Source of the DNA: Octopus vulgaris
Lineage: Eukaryota
Direction of reading: 5' to 3'
Length of the DNA stretch: 64,000 bases
Assembly (NCBI GenBank): GCA_951406725.2
Contig: OX597831.1
Location: 8,804,001-8,868,000 of the forward strand
Part shown: piece by piece, positions 1-13,660 of the stretch
Position numbering within the stretch: the first letter of the stretch is position 1
Layout of the letters: each line of letters opens with the position of its first letter
Made by a program: the position numbers and the translations under genes
Notes under the pieces: generated by a model
What the model saw: only the letters and a program-made list of their open reading frames with translations
Told to the model about the DNA's origin: nothing
Database searches by the model: none

Positions 1-115
1 CTAGGTTTAGGCATTCTTCGGGTGTGACAGTAAATTTGAAAAAAATTCGAGTCAACAAGGAGTGCGGTTAGACAGCTATTTAATAAACACTATACAGTCG
101 TTGACTATTTTTTGA

Positions 116-119
<4 letters not shown>

Positions 120-160
<41 letters not shown>

Positions 161-228
161 TTATATATACACTCATTATGTATGTATGTATGTATGTATG
201 TATGTATGTATGTATGTATGTATGTATG

Positions 229-259
<31 letters not shown>

Positions 260-270
260 ATATCTATCTA
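120..270. repeat. Compound microsatellite (CA)n/(TATG)n/(TATC)n
   Basis: Direct tandem repeats; explains the ORF at 112..333. Confidence 0.95.
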
Positions 271-770
271 ACGTATATACTTCATATGTTATCATGGACA
301 GTGCTTGACGTATCAAAACACGCTATTCATTGATTATTTTTCTCGACTAATAAACTTAATCAAAGTATTTTATGGAGTTATAAGTATCGACCGAAAAGTT
401 CATCGTGAAAATATGAAATTTCATTATTTGTGGATTTGCTGTTCAGTGAAAATCATTCATGCGTGTCTCTTCTTTAGAAATGAATTTATTGGAAAACGAA
501 AACAGTAAAACAACATATAGAAATAAATACATAAGTAGCTAACTAATCAAATACAAGAAAAATAAGTTGTATAAATGTGGCTTAATTATAATTATCAAAG
601 TATATCTTGAAAGTTCTGTCAATATTTTATAATATTTCATTATATTTTACTACAGTTTAATGTCTTATTATATTATTGCAGATTTATGTGTTGCGCTGTC
701 TGCCGTTTTGTGAGAAGCGAAAAGTATGTGCGAGGTGCGTGTATATATGTGCATATATGCGTATATATAT

Positions 771-815
<45 letters not shown>

Positions 816-856
816 TATGTGTCTGTGTCTATGTGTGTGTGTTTTACTGAATATAA

Positions 857-902
<46 letters not shown>

Positions 903-1130
903 GTATATTACTGAAGATACGCACACACATATACATACATATAATGTATTTAGGAGTACATATATACATGCTTATATAAATATATGAAAATATATGTATT
1001 TATGTGCGTGTGTATTGTATATAAAAGTACATATGTATATAAGGCTGCATATATATATATAATACACACATATAATGTGTATCTATTTAAATGAGTATGC
1101 TTATGTATGTGTATGTGTACATACATCTCA

Positions 1131-1169
<39 letters not shown>

Positions 1170-1176
<7 letters not shown>

Positions 1177-1414
1177 ATCACGTGGCCGACCAGACCGTCA
1201 GATGTTGTTACACATCGCTGGTCACAATGCGTTGGCATTGTTTTAGCCTTCGAATGACGCCACCCCGCTGGCTAAGCGAGCAGGCCAACAGAAGAAAGAG
1301 TGAGAGAAAGATTCGTGAAAGAGTACAGCAGGGATCACCACCCCCTGCCGGAGCCTCGTGGACCTTTTAGGTGTTTTCGGTCAATAAACACTCACAACGC
1401 CCGGTCTGGGCCTC

Positions 1415-1464
<50 letters not shown>

Positions 1465-1484
1465 CCACTAGGCCATTGCGCCTC

Positions 1485-1487
<3 letters not shown>
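1170..1487 (-). mobile_element. tRNA-derived SINE family A, RTE-type tail (tail 2); head interrupted by (TA)n
   Basis: Minus strand GTGGAGGCGCAATGGCCTAGTGG (A box), body GTGTTTATTGACCGAAAACACCTAAAAG shared with 5847-6227 and 56035-56383; B-box region replaced by (TA)n. Confidence 0.85.
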
Positions 1488-1528
<41 letters not shown>

Positions 1529-1539
1529 AAATATACTTA

Positions 1540-2250
1540 AGATATATACATAAAATACAAAATGTGGCAAGAACGCAAAGCATCGAAACAGTTAGGTGAT
1601 ACAAGAAAGGGAAAGCAAAACATCCAGATAGACTATACAAAGAAAACAAGGACGGGTTATTCGGAGCTTTCTTTGCTCAGTCGAGTTCCAGATTATCTTT
1701 GCAATTTCGGCTGGTTATACTCGAGATTGCTCTAATCTGGCCAGCCTCAAGGCAAAACTAGGCTATGAGCATTAGATTCCTTGGAAGAAAGCATCGAATG
1801 TATGCGAAAACAAGGACGGAAAAAACGGAGAATGTTACAGAAATACAAATAACAGGGCATAACAACAGGTGTCTTTCGACTAAGGACGAATTAAATTAAG
1901 ATGGCGTGTGTGGAAATAAAGCCTTACAGCAGGGACACAAGATTTAACGGGCACAGGGAGGAATATAGATGTTGCATGGACGGCGGCCGAACCAAGAAGG
2001 AAAGATCAGGCTTGGCCGAACACCGGTCACGTGGGGAGAGAAGAGAGAGAGAGAGGAAGAGGCTTAGGGACAGAATAATTAAGGAGGAGCGAAAAGAAAT
2101 GACACGGACACAGTGAAGTGAAAAAAGAAGGGAAAGTGAGTAAGAAAAGGCAGGGAAATGTGAGAGAGGGGAAACGAAAGAACGAAGAGTAGAATGAACG
2201 AATAAGCCTGAAAGGACTGATAGAAAGAAAGAATAGCGTCGTGCAAGATT
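1540..2250 (-). repeat. Unclassified interspersed repeat (second copy at 9010-9330), possibly a retroelement 3' region
   Basis: GCAATTTCGGCTG...GAGATTGCTC.AATCTGG..CAGCC...GCATTAGATTCCTTGGAAGAAA shared with 9130-9222; both copies abut (TA)n. Confidence 0.6.
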
Positions 2251-2499
2251 TAGATAAATATATACTTACATATGAAAGACCAAAATGTACGTACGCCGCT
2301 ATATATATAATACACACATAATGTCTATCTATTGAAATGAATATGCTTATGTATATGTATGTGTGCATACATCTCAGTATATGAAAGTAATACTGACATC
2401 TCATTTCAACATATTTACCAAAATTGCATAAAATATCTTGAAATGCTGAAGAGTAAATTTATTTGATAAAATCGCCATTGGCTTCAACCCTGTCTCATC

Positions 2500-2806
2500 A
2501 TCCTGGCTCAGGACGATGTTCATACTAGAAAGCAGGAGTGCTGATTTTGTGGTGTTTACACATTTTCCAAGCTAAATACTGTTCTATCCTATCGTGGTGA
2601 TTTTAGTATTCGTTTGGTGTCAGCACAAGACACCACAATACAAGATGGTCTACTGTTTCATCAAATTTATCGCAGAATCTGCATTTAGGGTCAGAACCAT
2701 TTTGAAGAACGTTAGCCTGGTAGTTTTTGATAAGTAAACTTTGATCTTGTAACGCTAATGTGAAACCTTTAGTCTCTGCTTTCAGTCCTGAGCTTCTCAG
2801 CCACTA
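2500..2806 (-). mobile_element. R4/Dong-type (RLE) non-LTR retrotransposon remnant, zinc-knuckle region
   Basis: Manual translation WLRSSGLKAETKGFTLALQDQSLLIKNYQANVLQNGSDPKCRFCDKFDETVDHLVLWCLVLTPNEY*NHHDRIEQYLAWKMCKH: QDQ motif, CxxC...H...C knuckle, RHD-like motif; contains stops. Confidence 0.85.
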
Positions 2807-2833
2807 ATGCATAATAATAATAATAATAATAAC

Positions 2834-2868
<35 letters not shown>

Positions 2869-3000
2869 TAATAATAATAATATCATTATTATGTGATGAA
2901 AATTCACAGCTTATTTTGCTGGGCATGTTGGAAAATGTCAGCTGTCCACAGCCAGCAGAATACAGTGACACTTGTAAACTGGTCATGCTTACTATCACTT

Positions 3001-3035
<35 letters not shown>

Positions 3036-3504
3036 GAAGTGAAATGTAGAACAATATAATGGAAAGCTTTTCAGTGGTTGGTTGGAATTAAGAATGGTGC
3101 GTGATTGAAATTAGGATTACTTGCTGGATTTCCCCAACAGAAATACATCAAATACATATCTGATAAGAAGAAGCAGTGAAAAACTGGCTCAAGAGGCTGG
3201 TTACGACGAGTATAATATGATGATGTATTGACAGTTTACAGTTGTTAAGAATGTGTCTTTTGAGAAATATTTTTAAAGGAGGAAATATTCGCAGAAGGAG
3301 ACGTACAGGAAGACATCTTATGGGGTAAATTTGTTTCAGGTTGGAGGCAGTCGACACAATTTGTTTCGTCAAGTGGGAAGTCAAAGCAGCATGATCAGCT
3401 ATTGAACCGCTTACGTATCAAAATTCACGTTTGTAAGAAAGATATCATAATGACAACACATATATACATACACCACACATATATATATCGACAGATACAT
3501 GCTT

Positions 3505-3541
3505 GTATATATATATATATATATATATATGTGTTATACAC

Positions 3542-3612
<71 letters not shown>

Positions 3613-3775
3613 ATACATTTATATATATCTATATATCTCTATATATATACATTTATACATACATATCTATATATCTATATATATATATTTATATATATGT
3701 ATAAATGTATATATATATATATATATATATACATTTATACATTTATATATAAATATACACATATATACATGTATA

Positions 3776-3848
<73 letters not shown>

Positions 3849-3850
3849 AT
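3505..3850. repeat. Degenerate (TA)n/(TATG)n microsatellite field
   Basis: Direct tandem repeats. Confidence 0.9.
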
Positions 3851-5023
3851 GCATATGTAAGCAATACAAAACTTAAATAAACGCGAAAATGCCAATAGTA
3901 ATTAGCGGTGAGTTTTGTTAGTACAAAATTTACAAATAACAAATATCACAAATTGGTGATAAGAAGCAGGAAAGAAAGCAACAAAACGTAAACAAAAACA
4001 AACTTAATCAACCAACCAAAGAGAAAAGACTGGAACATAAAAAAAAAAACACAACAAAAATTACAAAAGCAAGAAAATGTAAAAAAAAAATAGAGAACCA
4101 AATTTTTAACAAGGTTGAAAAGAACGAGAAAAAATAAGAGTTACGTGTATTTGAAAAATCAAACAAAAACTAAATAACAAATAGGAAAATATAAAAAATG
4201 CTACTCTAAATAATATTAGAAACGAGAGGAAAGTTAGCAGAATGATGGTGCAACTTGAAAAAGATATTGAAGAAAAAGATATTGAAGAAAAAAGAACAAC
4301 ATGTAAAATATAAAAATGGCGGTGATATACTGAAATAAAAAGATAGAAACTAGTTTTGTTATACGTTATATTATGCAATCAAAAAAGACCCGAAACAACG
4401 TAGTCGGGTGCATTTTTAGAAATTGTACTCGTATGTATGAAGAAACGAGGTCTATATTACGTAGATGTTAAAGAAAGCTTATCAATAATATTTCTTATTA
4501 ATAAGAAGTTTATTAATATATTGAATTTCGTTCGAACATTAAGTTCACTTTATGAATTCACGGATTTTATGAGACGAATACAGTTCTGTGACGTTAATTT
4601 GAAACTTCCTTTCTTTCATGTCTTATATAATATGTTTCCTATCTGCTCTCGTAAAACAAGCAGCAAGAAGAAGAAAAAAGAACATTCAAAAGCTACATAC
4701 ATACATATATATGTATATATACATATATATACATATTTGTATATATTTGTATATGTATGCGAGTATATATATATATATATATATATAGATATAGATATAT
4801 ATATATATGCGTATTATGTTTCCACACATACACACAAGCACAGGTGTAGATGTTCTTACGTATTTATAAATGTATACCCGCAAGTAGCGATGTTGCAGAA
4901 TCGTTTGAGAGTGAAGTCGAAACAGCTTTGCGGTCTTGGTTCAAATCCCGTCGTGTCCAATGCGGCCTTTCAGCCTTCCGGAGTCGGCGGGGAAGTAAGG
5001 TACCAGTCCGCGATAGCAGGCTT

Positions 5024-5372
<349 letters not shown>

Positions 5373-5439
5373 CAGATTCAATATTTGTACGTTGCTGTTA
5401 GAAATAGCAGCATGGTCACTTACGAAAATATGACACACC

Positions 5440-5830
5440 CAAATACATTTAAGAAAGAAAATGGAGAAGAAAGCGTAAACTTTTGGAAAATGAAAACGAT
5501 TCATGGATAAGAGATCGAAGGGAAAGACAAGACGAACATTTGGAGGTAGCTACGGAAATGTGGTCTGAATGGATGCACCGTGGTGTCGATATGCAACGCT
5601 CAGGAACAAGCTCTGAAAACTAATTACGCCAAGTTCCAAATAGATATGAGCAGTGAATCGCCCCTTTGCAGGATGGGTGACAGCAAAAACAAAGCAATCT
5701 CATACATTGTGGTGAGTGTAGCTAACTGGTCCCAAAGGAATGCAAAAGGGGGCATGAAAATTGGGAAGTGCGGTCTTGGAAGAACACAGAAATGGTGCGA
5801 GCGTAAACGAGTCGTTTGAAGAAATAAATA
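5440..5830 (+). mobile_element. R4/Dong-type RLE retrotransposon remnant
   Basis: KTIHG...LRKCGLNGCTVVSICNAQEQALKTNYAKFQIDMSSESPLCRM: the AQEQALxTN plus CRxC signature, degraded. Confidence 0.75.
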
Positions 5831-5846
5831 AATCCGGAGGAGAAGT

Positions 5847-6227
5847 GGGAAGCACTCCGTCGGTTGCGACGACGAGGTTCCAGTTGATGCGATCAACGGA
5901 ACAGCCTGCTCGTGAAATTAACGTGTAAGTGGCTGAGCACTCCACAGACACGTGTACCTTTAACGTAGTTCTCGGGGATATTCAGCGTGACACAGAGAGT
6001 GACAAGGTCGGCCCTTTGAAATACAGGTACAACAGAAACAGGAAGTAAGATTGAGAGAAAGTTGTGGTGAAAGAGTACAGCAGGGATCACCACCATCCCT
6101 GTCAGAGCCTCGTGGAGCTTTAGGTGTTTTCGCTCAATAAACACTCACAACGCCCGGTCTGGGAATCGAAACCGCGATCCTACGACCGCGAGTCCGCTGC
6201 CCTAACCACTGGACCATTGCGCCTCCA
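5847..6227 (-). mobile_element. SINE family A, full length, tail 1, 12-bp TSD
   Basis: A box TGGTCCAGTGG, B box GGTTTCGATTCC; direct repeat CGGAGGAGAAGT at 5835-5846 and 6228-6239. Confidence 0.9.
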
Positions 6228-6399
6228 CGGAGGAGAAGTACACTCTAAGATGCAGAGCAGTTAATATTATAATGGAGGAGACCAGTTTATCAGGTTACCC
6301 TGGGTTTCTCACTCATAAGAGGCTTAGCGTAACGGCATATCTTTTAACCCCAGACCTAAGATCTCTTCAAAAAATGGAGGAGGAAATGCTTTGTAGCGA

Positions 6400-6667
6400 G
6401 GGCCGACCAAAGCTTTGTGACTGGATTTGGTAGAGCGAAGTTGTATGATATATATGTATATGTATGTGTTTATGTCGTCGTGTCTGTGTTTGTCCCCATC
6501 CCCATCGCCACTTCACAACTGGTGTTGGTGTGTTTATGTCCCCGTAACCTAGCAGTTCGGCTTTAAAAATGTCTTGGGGTCGATTCATTCGACTAAAACC
6601 CTTAAAGGCGGTGCTCCAGCATGGCCGCAGTCAAATGACTGAAACAAGTAAAAGAATAAACGAATAA

Positions 6668-6668
<1 letters not shown>
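6400..6668 (+). mobile_element. SINE family B, 5'-truncated
   Basis: GGCCGACCAAAGC...AAGGCGGTGCTCCAGCATGGCCGCAGTCAAATGACTGAAACAAGTAAAAG tail. Confidence 0.85.
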
Positions 6669-6708
<40 letters not shown>

Positions 6709-6710
<2 letters not shown>

Positions 6711-7103
6711 CGCAGGAGTGGCTGTGTGGTAAGTAGCTTGCTTACCAACCACATGGTTTCGGATTCAGTCCCACTGCGTGGTACCTTGGGCAAGTGTTTT
6801 CTACTATAGCCTTGGGCCCACCAAAGCCTTGTGAGTGGATTTGGTAGACGGAAACTGAAATAAGTCCATCGTATATATGTATATATATACATGTATGTGT
6901 GTGTGTTTGTGTGTCTGTGTTTGTCCCCCTAGCATTGTTTGACAATGTGCTTATGTGTCCGTAACTTAGCGGTTCGGCAAAAGAGACCGATAGAATAAGT
7001 ACTGGGCTTACAAAGAATAATTCCCGGGGTCGAGTTGCTCGATTAAAGGCGGTGCTCCAGCATGGCCGCAGTCAAATGACTGAAACAGGTAAAAGAGTGA
7101 AGA

Positions 7104-7104
<1 letters not shown>
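6709..7104 (+). mobile_element. SINE family B, full length (tRNA head, CORE-like segment, internal microsatellite)
   Basis: TGGCTGTGTGG A box, GGATTCAGTCC B box, ACCTTGGGCAAGTG (MIR/CORE-like motif), (TAAAAGAG)n-type tail; highly similar to 29567-29972, 32200-32631 and 61253-61686. Confidence 0.9.
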
Positions 7105-7148
<44 letters not shown>

Positions 7149-7279
7149 CAATAAAAAAGGGTAGAATTAATTAATTAATAATATATATATATATGCGTGT
7201 GTGTGTGTGAGAGTGTCTGTGTGTGTAATGTGGCAGCTGAAGGAAGAGAGCAGTGTACGGTAATATCCGCCTCTACGAA

Positions 7280-7390
7280 TTACAGGGGACTAAACTGAAA
7301 ACAAAGTAAAGTGAAATTCCTGCCCAAAGATACAGCGTCCTGCCCATCCCGGAATTGAACCCACGACATTATGATCGTGAGCTACGTACA
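7280..7390 (-). mobile_element. Degenerate SINE family E head
   Basis: Reverse-strand GGGTTCAATTCC B box followed by a TTTGGGCAGGAA CORE-like segment. Confidence 0.45.
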
Positions 7391-7480
7391 GCAGCCTTAT
7401 GTTACCGGGTTTGAGGGTATGTGCAGGGTGGCTTAAAATTTCCGGTTGTATATAAGTCAGTTTGGTGTTTGGATGGATCG

Positions 7481-7489
7481 ATCTATCTG

Positions 7490-7555
<66 letters not shown>

Positions 7556-7592
7556 CATCCATCCATCCATCCATCCATCCATCCATCCATCC

Positions 7593-7632
<40 letters not shown>

Positions 7633-7645
7633 GTCTGTCTACCTA
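7481..7645. repeat. (ATCT)n/(ATCC)n/(GTCT)n compound tetranucleotide repeat
   Basis: Direct tandem repeats. Confidence 0.95.
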
Positions 7646-7834
7646 TCTCTCTTCCTAATATATATTGCTACATGAATACGCTGTCTCCCTACCTACCTAT
7701 CTATGTCTGGCTGTTACACATAATGTTATACAAGCATACGTACGTGCGTACTTACACACAGAGATGCACACACGCCCACATAAACACATTCACACACACA
7801 TGCATATAAATATATGTCTGTGGACGTGCGTATG

Positions 7835-7878
<44 letters not shown>

Positions 7879-7977
7879 CATACACATACATGCATATATT
7901 GGACAAGGCTGATATGTAGGGATAAACGACAGGCGTGATAAATAGATAACATAGAGAGAATTGAAAAAGTGTGTGTG

Positions 7978-8031
<54 letters not shown>

Positions 8032-8127
8032 CATATATACACACACAAGCTAATAGCCCGCAGATAAATCAGAATTTATGTATGTATTTAAATATATAGA
8101 TATGTGTATGTATGTATGTATGTATAA

Positions 8128-8232
<105 letters not shown>

Positions 8233-8941
8233 TAGACGGCTAAATATGTTAATAGTTATAGATAAATTGACAATTACCTGATAAGTTGATGGAGATTTGG
8301 CAGTTCCAAGAAGGATGATAAACAGATTCATCAATTATAGATCAAACCTTGTTACCAAATTTATTTAAATTGATATTTTGTCTCTGTTTGTAACATTTAC
8401 ACTCAGATAATTTTTGTATGAAAATACGCTTTGATTGGCACTGCGCCCTTTGAACTCTTCTAAGGCTGTCCAAATAAATTGCTCGGATTATTTGCAGTCT
8501 GTCGTGTGACAACAATAACAACAACAACAGTTTGATGCCAATAAAGAATTTTTAGTGAAAACTCATGCAGTTGATATATGAGATTATAATAACGCTTATT
8601 ACAATTTATTGGCGCTGACGTGAATCTCGTATTTTCTATTGTATTCAGTTTTAACCGGAAGTGTTATCTGGTTTCGTTTATGACCAATAGTTACGTGCTA
8701 GAAATGTCGGGGACTTATGCTAGCAGCAGAAGCATTATTGAAATAGACGAGTGATATGTCGGTAACCAATGGTTCCGAGATCTTCACCTCGTCCTGTCTA
8801 TCATTATTTCTTTATAGTGACCCAGTCAGTTTGTGGTAGTCTTGAACCAAACTGGTCGCTTGACCTGACTTCAGAGAGTAGTTTCAAGTTACTTCATTAT
8901 CATACGTTCGACAATGCATCGAACGATGTGCGCCCGTGCGC

Positions 8942-9535
<594 letters not shown>

Positions 9536-9595
9536 TATATGTCTACATACTCACACACACACAGGCGCATATATAAATATGTATGTGTGTGTGTG

Positions 9596-9925
9596 CGATG
9601 GCACATGCCACAGTGATTACAACGTCAGGGTCAAAATCATGAGGTAGTGAGTTTGATTCCTGGACTGTGTGTTGTGTTCTTGAGCAAGACACTTTATTTC
9701 ACATTGCTCCAGTTCACTCATCTCTAGAAAGGAGTTGCAGCGTCACTGGTGCCAAGCTGTTTCCCTTGGATAAAATCGATGGTGTGGAGAGGGGTAAACT
9801 TTTATGCATGGACGACTGCTGCTCTTTCATAAAAGCAGCCTTGCCTGGACTTGTGCCTCGGAAGGGAACCTTTTAGGTGCAATCCCAGGGTCATTCATAA
9901 CCGAAGCGGAGGTATTACCCTTTAC
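9596..9925 (+). mobile_element. SINE family E (tRNA head plus CORE-like domain)
   Basis: B box GAGTTTGATTCC followed by GTGTTCTTGAGCAAGACACTTTATTTCACATTGCTCCAGTTCACTCA, resembling the CORE-SINE domain; related copy at 40880-41045 (-). Confidence 0.7.
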
Positions 9926-9960
9926 TGTATATATATATATATATATATGGGGGGGGGGGG

Positions 9961-10335
9961 AAGTCCGTCGGTTGCGACGACGAGGTTCCAGTTGATGCGA
10001 TCAAAGGAACAGCCTGCTCGTGAAATTAACGTGTAAGTGACTGAGCACTCCACAAATACGTGTGCCCTTAACGTAGTTTTCGGTGAGATTCAGCGTGATA
10101 CAGAGTGTGACAAGGCTATCTCTTCGAAATACAGGTACAATAGAAACAGGAACAAAAGAGTGAGAGAAAGTTGTGGCGAAAGATTACAGCAGGGTTCGCC
10201 ACCACGTCCTGCCGGAGCCTTGTGGAGCTTTAGGTGTTTTCGCTCGAAAAGCACTCACAACGCCCGGTCTGGGAATCGAAAGCGCAATCCTACGACCGCG
10301 AGTCCGCTGCTCTAGCCACTGGGTTATTGCGCCGC
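9961..10335 (-). mobile_element. SINE family A, tail 1
   Basis: Colinear with 5847-6227 over its whole length. Confidence 0.9.
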
Positions 10336-10417
10336 ATTGTATGTATGTATGTATGTATGTATGTATGTATGTATGTATGTATGTATGTATGTATGTATGT
10401 ATGTATGTATGTATGTT

Positions 10418-10972
10418 ATGTCAGGTCACTTTCGAGTGCTACTGGTAACATGTAACCCAGTACAACTTGTTGCATGGATGGGTCGTCGGCGACTAAACCG
10501 GCAACTCCACCAAGCTTGCTTGGCGAGGAGGGTGTTTATTGGACACCCTGCGAGATGAAAAACAAAACCAGTCAAAGGCCAGAGGAACTCTTGAGAGTCA
10601 ACGGCCATCCAATAAATGTCTTAAGGTTGTATCATGCGCGGGGACATAGAAAGAATCGGACTGAATACCCGATCGCGCGGTTAAACCATTGGGAGTGAAG
10701 GACTCCTAGCCTTTGTTATTGCATCCTTCTAGGAGAAGGTAACTCAGGTAACTGGGATAACTCCGACATAAAATCCGCGGCTCAGTGGTTACCGATGATG
10801 TTGACTTGTTCTTCTTTTCGGATTATGGCTGCTGTTGCTTAGTGAGTTGGATTGACTCAGTACACAGCCTTTCCTCACTTTAAAAAAATCTTCTTGCACA
10901 GGCATTGCACGATAACAACATTGATTAAGCTTCGTGCAATGGCCATACTCGATGACGAAGGGGCAGCCACCA
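10418..10972 (+). mobile_element. Non-coding retroelement with RTE 5'UTR-like motif, embedded in (TATG)n
   Basis: CTAGGAGAAGGTAACTC resembles the RTE 5'UTR motif TAGGAGAAGGAAAACTC (recalled); GC-richer insert between two (TATG)n runs. Confidence 0.5.
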
Positions 10973-11069
10973 TGTATGTATGTATGTATGTATGTATGTA
11001 TGTATGTATGTATGTATGTATGTATGTATGTATGTATGTATGTATGTATCTCTCTCTCTCTGTGTCTGT

Positions 11070-11212
11070 CTCATTGTTTATTTCCTCATATTCCTGTTGA
11101 AGAGCCTAGTCCCGAAACGTAAAAGACTTTATGACTTTCCCGAGCGTCAAACTAATACAACTGTTTCTTGTTCATACACCTGTCTTTGTCTTTTGTTTCC
11201 CTGTAGATTTCA
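11070..11212 (+). repeat. Repeat family H2 copy with degenerate hammerhead-like motif
   Basis: CTGTTGA-AGAGCCTAGTCCC-GAAACGTAAAAGAC...GAGCGTCAAACTAATACA shared with 42440-42556 and 46760-46975. Confidence 0.65.
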
Positions 11213-11249
11213 TCTATCTATCTGTCTGTCTGTCTATCTATCTATCTAG

Positions 11250-11412
11250 GCTTTAGGGTGGCTGTGTGGTAAGAATCTTGCTTCAAACCGCATGGTTCCG
11301 GGTTCACTCTAGTTGCGTGGTACCTTGGGTAAGTATCTACTACTATAGCCTTGAGCCGACCAAAACCTTGTGAGTAGATTTGGTAGACGAAAACTGAAAG
11401 AAGCCCTTCGTC

Positions 11413-11498
<86 letters not shown>

Positions 11499-11515
11499 TG
11501 TGTCTGTGTCTCTTG
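11250..11515 (+). mobile_element. SINE family B, 5' half
   Basis: GGTGGCTGTGTGGTAAG...GGTTCCGGGTTCA...GGTAGACGAAAACTGAAAGAAGCCC plus microsatellite. Confidence 0.85.
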
Positions 11516-11567
11516 GTGTTTGACGAAAGCTGCATGAATGTTAGATGAGCAAAGACTTCTTTGAAAA

Positions 11568-12282
11568 ACAATCTAAGCTGGAGTTCCCACGTAAACAGCA
11601 AGGTTGACTTGGCCCACAAGATGTGCTCCTGAATTCTGAGAACTTTCCGGTCTAGAGATGCCTACACCACCATCCTTCTCTACTCTACTTTTACCCGACC
11701 CCACCTTGAATACTGTTGCCCACTGTGGTCCCCCTCATACGAAGCAACTCATTATGGAAGTAGAAACATTGCAGAGGTCAATAAGAAGACAGATAGGCAA
11801 CATGAGAGGCTTTGACTATTGGGGTCGACTAAAAAACTCAACACCTACTCTCTCTAACGCCCCTGGGAGCGCCACATCATTTCCATCAATATTGCACAAA
11901 TTATGTTGGCATCAATTTTAAAATCCATGCAAGACTTAGCCCATGTTCTACCCGCCCACTGCAAGAATCGAACTCGGTACACATAGCAGCATTATGTCAC
12001 AATTACTTTACCTCAACCGGTCCGGCTCTCTTTAATACCATACCAAAATACGTCAAAATGGAAACGGATCCCATAAAATTCAAATATTCACTGGACAAAT
12101 TTCTTCAAAAAATCCCGGACCAACCTCATAAACCCGGATATGTCTCCAACAATAATAACTCTTTGCTAAAGTGGGCCATGGTGCCCCATATATGACTAGA
12201 AGGCTTCACCAGGTGGTGCTATTAAGTTAGACGTGTCCTGGGCCTTTACTGGCCGAAACCTGTCAAAGTTATCAAAGTTATA
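11568..12282 (+). mobile_element. CR1/L2-group LINE 3' remnant (RT C-terminus, 3'UTR, short tandem tail)
   Basis: NNLSWSSHVNSKVDLAHKMCS*ILRTFRSRD...RPHLEYCCPLWSPH...LQRS...DYWGRLKKL..YSL; ends in (TCAAAGTTA)2. Confidence 0.85.
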
Positions 12283-12387
12283 TACTTATATATATGTATA
12301 TAAATATATATAGAAGCATATGTATACACACACACACACAGACACGCATTCACTCTGACACACATATATACATACTGAATCACACAC

Positions 12388-12455
<68 letters not shown>

Positions 12456-12735
12456 GAGTATATATATATGAGTATATCTGTGTATGTCTATCTGTGCATG
12501 TGTATATGTGTGCATGTGCACACATACACAAGATCACGCGCATATGTATAAATGTATAATCAAGGGTTTGGATTTACAAAGCAAAGTGAAAAGGCAACAG
12601 ATTCGTGAACTAGAATTTAAATGTATACAAACATGCATGCATGCGAGCACGCATGCATCTATACATATAAATATATATATACACACACGCGCACATATAT
12701 GATAAAAACACGAACATACATATGCAGGCACTTAA

Positions 12736-12767
<32 letters not shown>

Positions 12768-13232
12768 ACACACACACACCTACGAAGTCATAGTTGCTGC
12801 TTAAAATCTTAAATAATAAGATACAATAACGTTGAACAGATTTAAAAGACTTTTATCCAATGATTTCCGAACAAATATTTTTTTGTGCTCAGTAAACCGT
12901 AGAGGATTAAATGCCGTTAAATAACTTTCGTTCTTTCTCTGTTTGATATAAGCTGCGTGAATGTTAGATGAGCAAAGACTTCACTGGAATCTCTGTGTAA
13001 CGAGGTACGTTGTTCGCAATAGTGATGAGAATATTAGATTTTTTTCTTTGAAGTTTACGGGAAATTGTTTATACTTTTTGAAAATCAGCCTCGTAGAACT
13101 GTCTTTGAAATGTTATCAAATACATTATACCAGAAGAAATTTGTTGAAGCAAAAATATTTTAAGAACGATTTTTTGGATCAGATGAAATGTATAGAATCT
13201 GGTCAAAAACTGTGGTTCACGGTATCACGTTA

Positions 13233-13257
13233 CAACGACGACGACGACGACAACACG

Positions 13258-13329
<72 letters not shown>

Positions 13330-13338
13330 GTAGCAGCA
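13233..13338. repeat. (ACG)n/(ACA)n trinucleotide repeat
   Basis: Direct tandem repeats. Confidence 0.95.
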
Positions 13339-13379
13339 ACCTCAACATCACCGTGTGTTTATAGATATGTGTCAAGTGT

Positions 13380-13660
13380 GTCTGCGACGATGCGGTGCGG
13401 AACGTGCTGGTTCAGACAAATCATCCATCGTCAGACGACAGCACATCTGTGGGGCTTCGTATTGGACCTTGTTTAGGATGTTTAATTGTACAGTAACAGG
13501 ACCGTGCGAAATACGGGAAAGTGTACATAAATGGGAGTCTTACGCTCAGCTTTATAAAGAGTCAGTAGTTATGTCAGACGTGAAAGAAGCGAATTCATTC
13601 CAACTGGAAGTTGAAAACGTGCCGCAAAGTGGATGCACACTTTTGAGCTCCCCAGTATTT
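13380..13660 (+). mobile_element. Possible very old RTE-type LINE C-terminal remnant
   Basis: CWFRQIIHR resembles RWFGHVxR, followed by VTGPC...KW resembling VxGxRxRGRPxxxW; heavily degraded. Confidence 0.3.
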
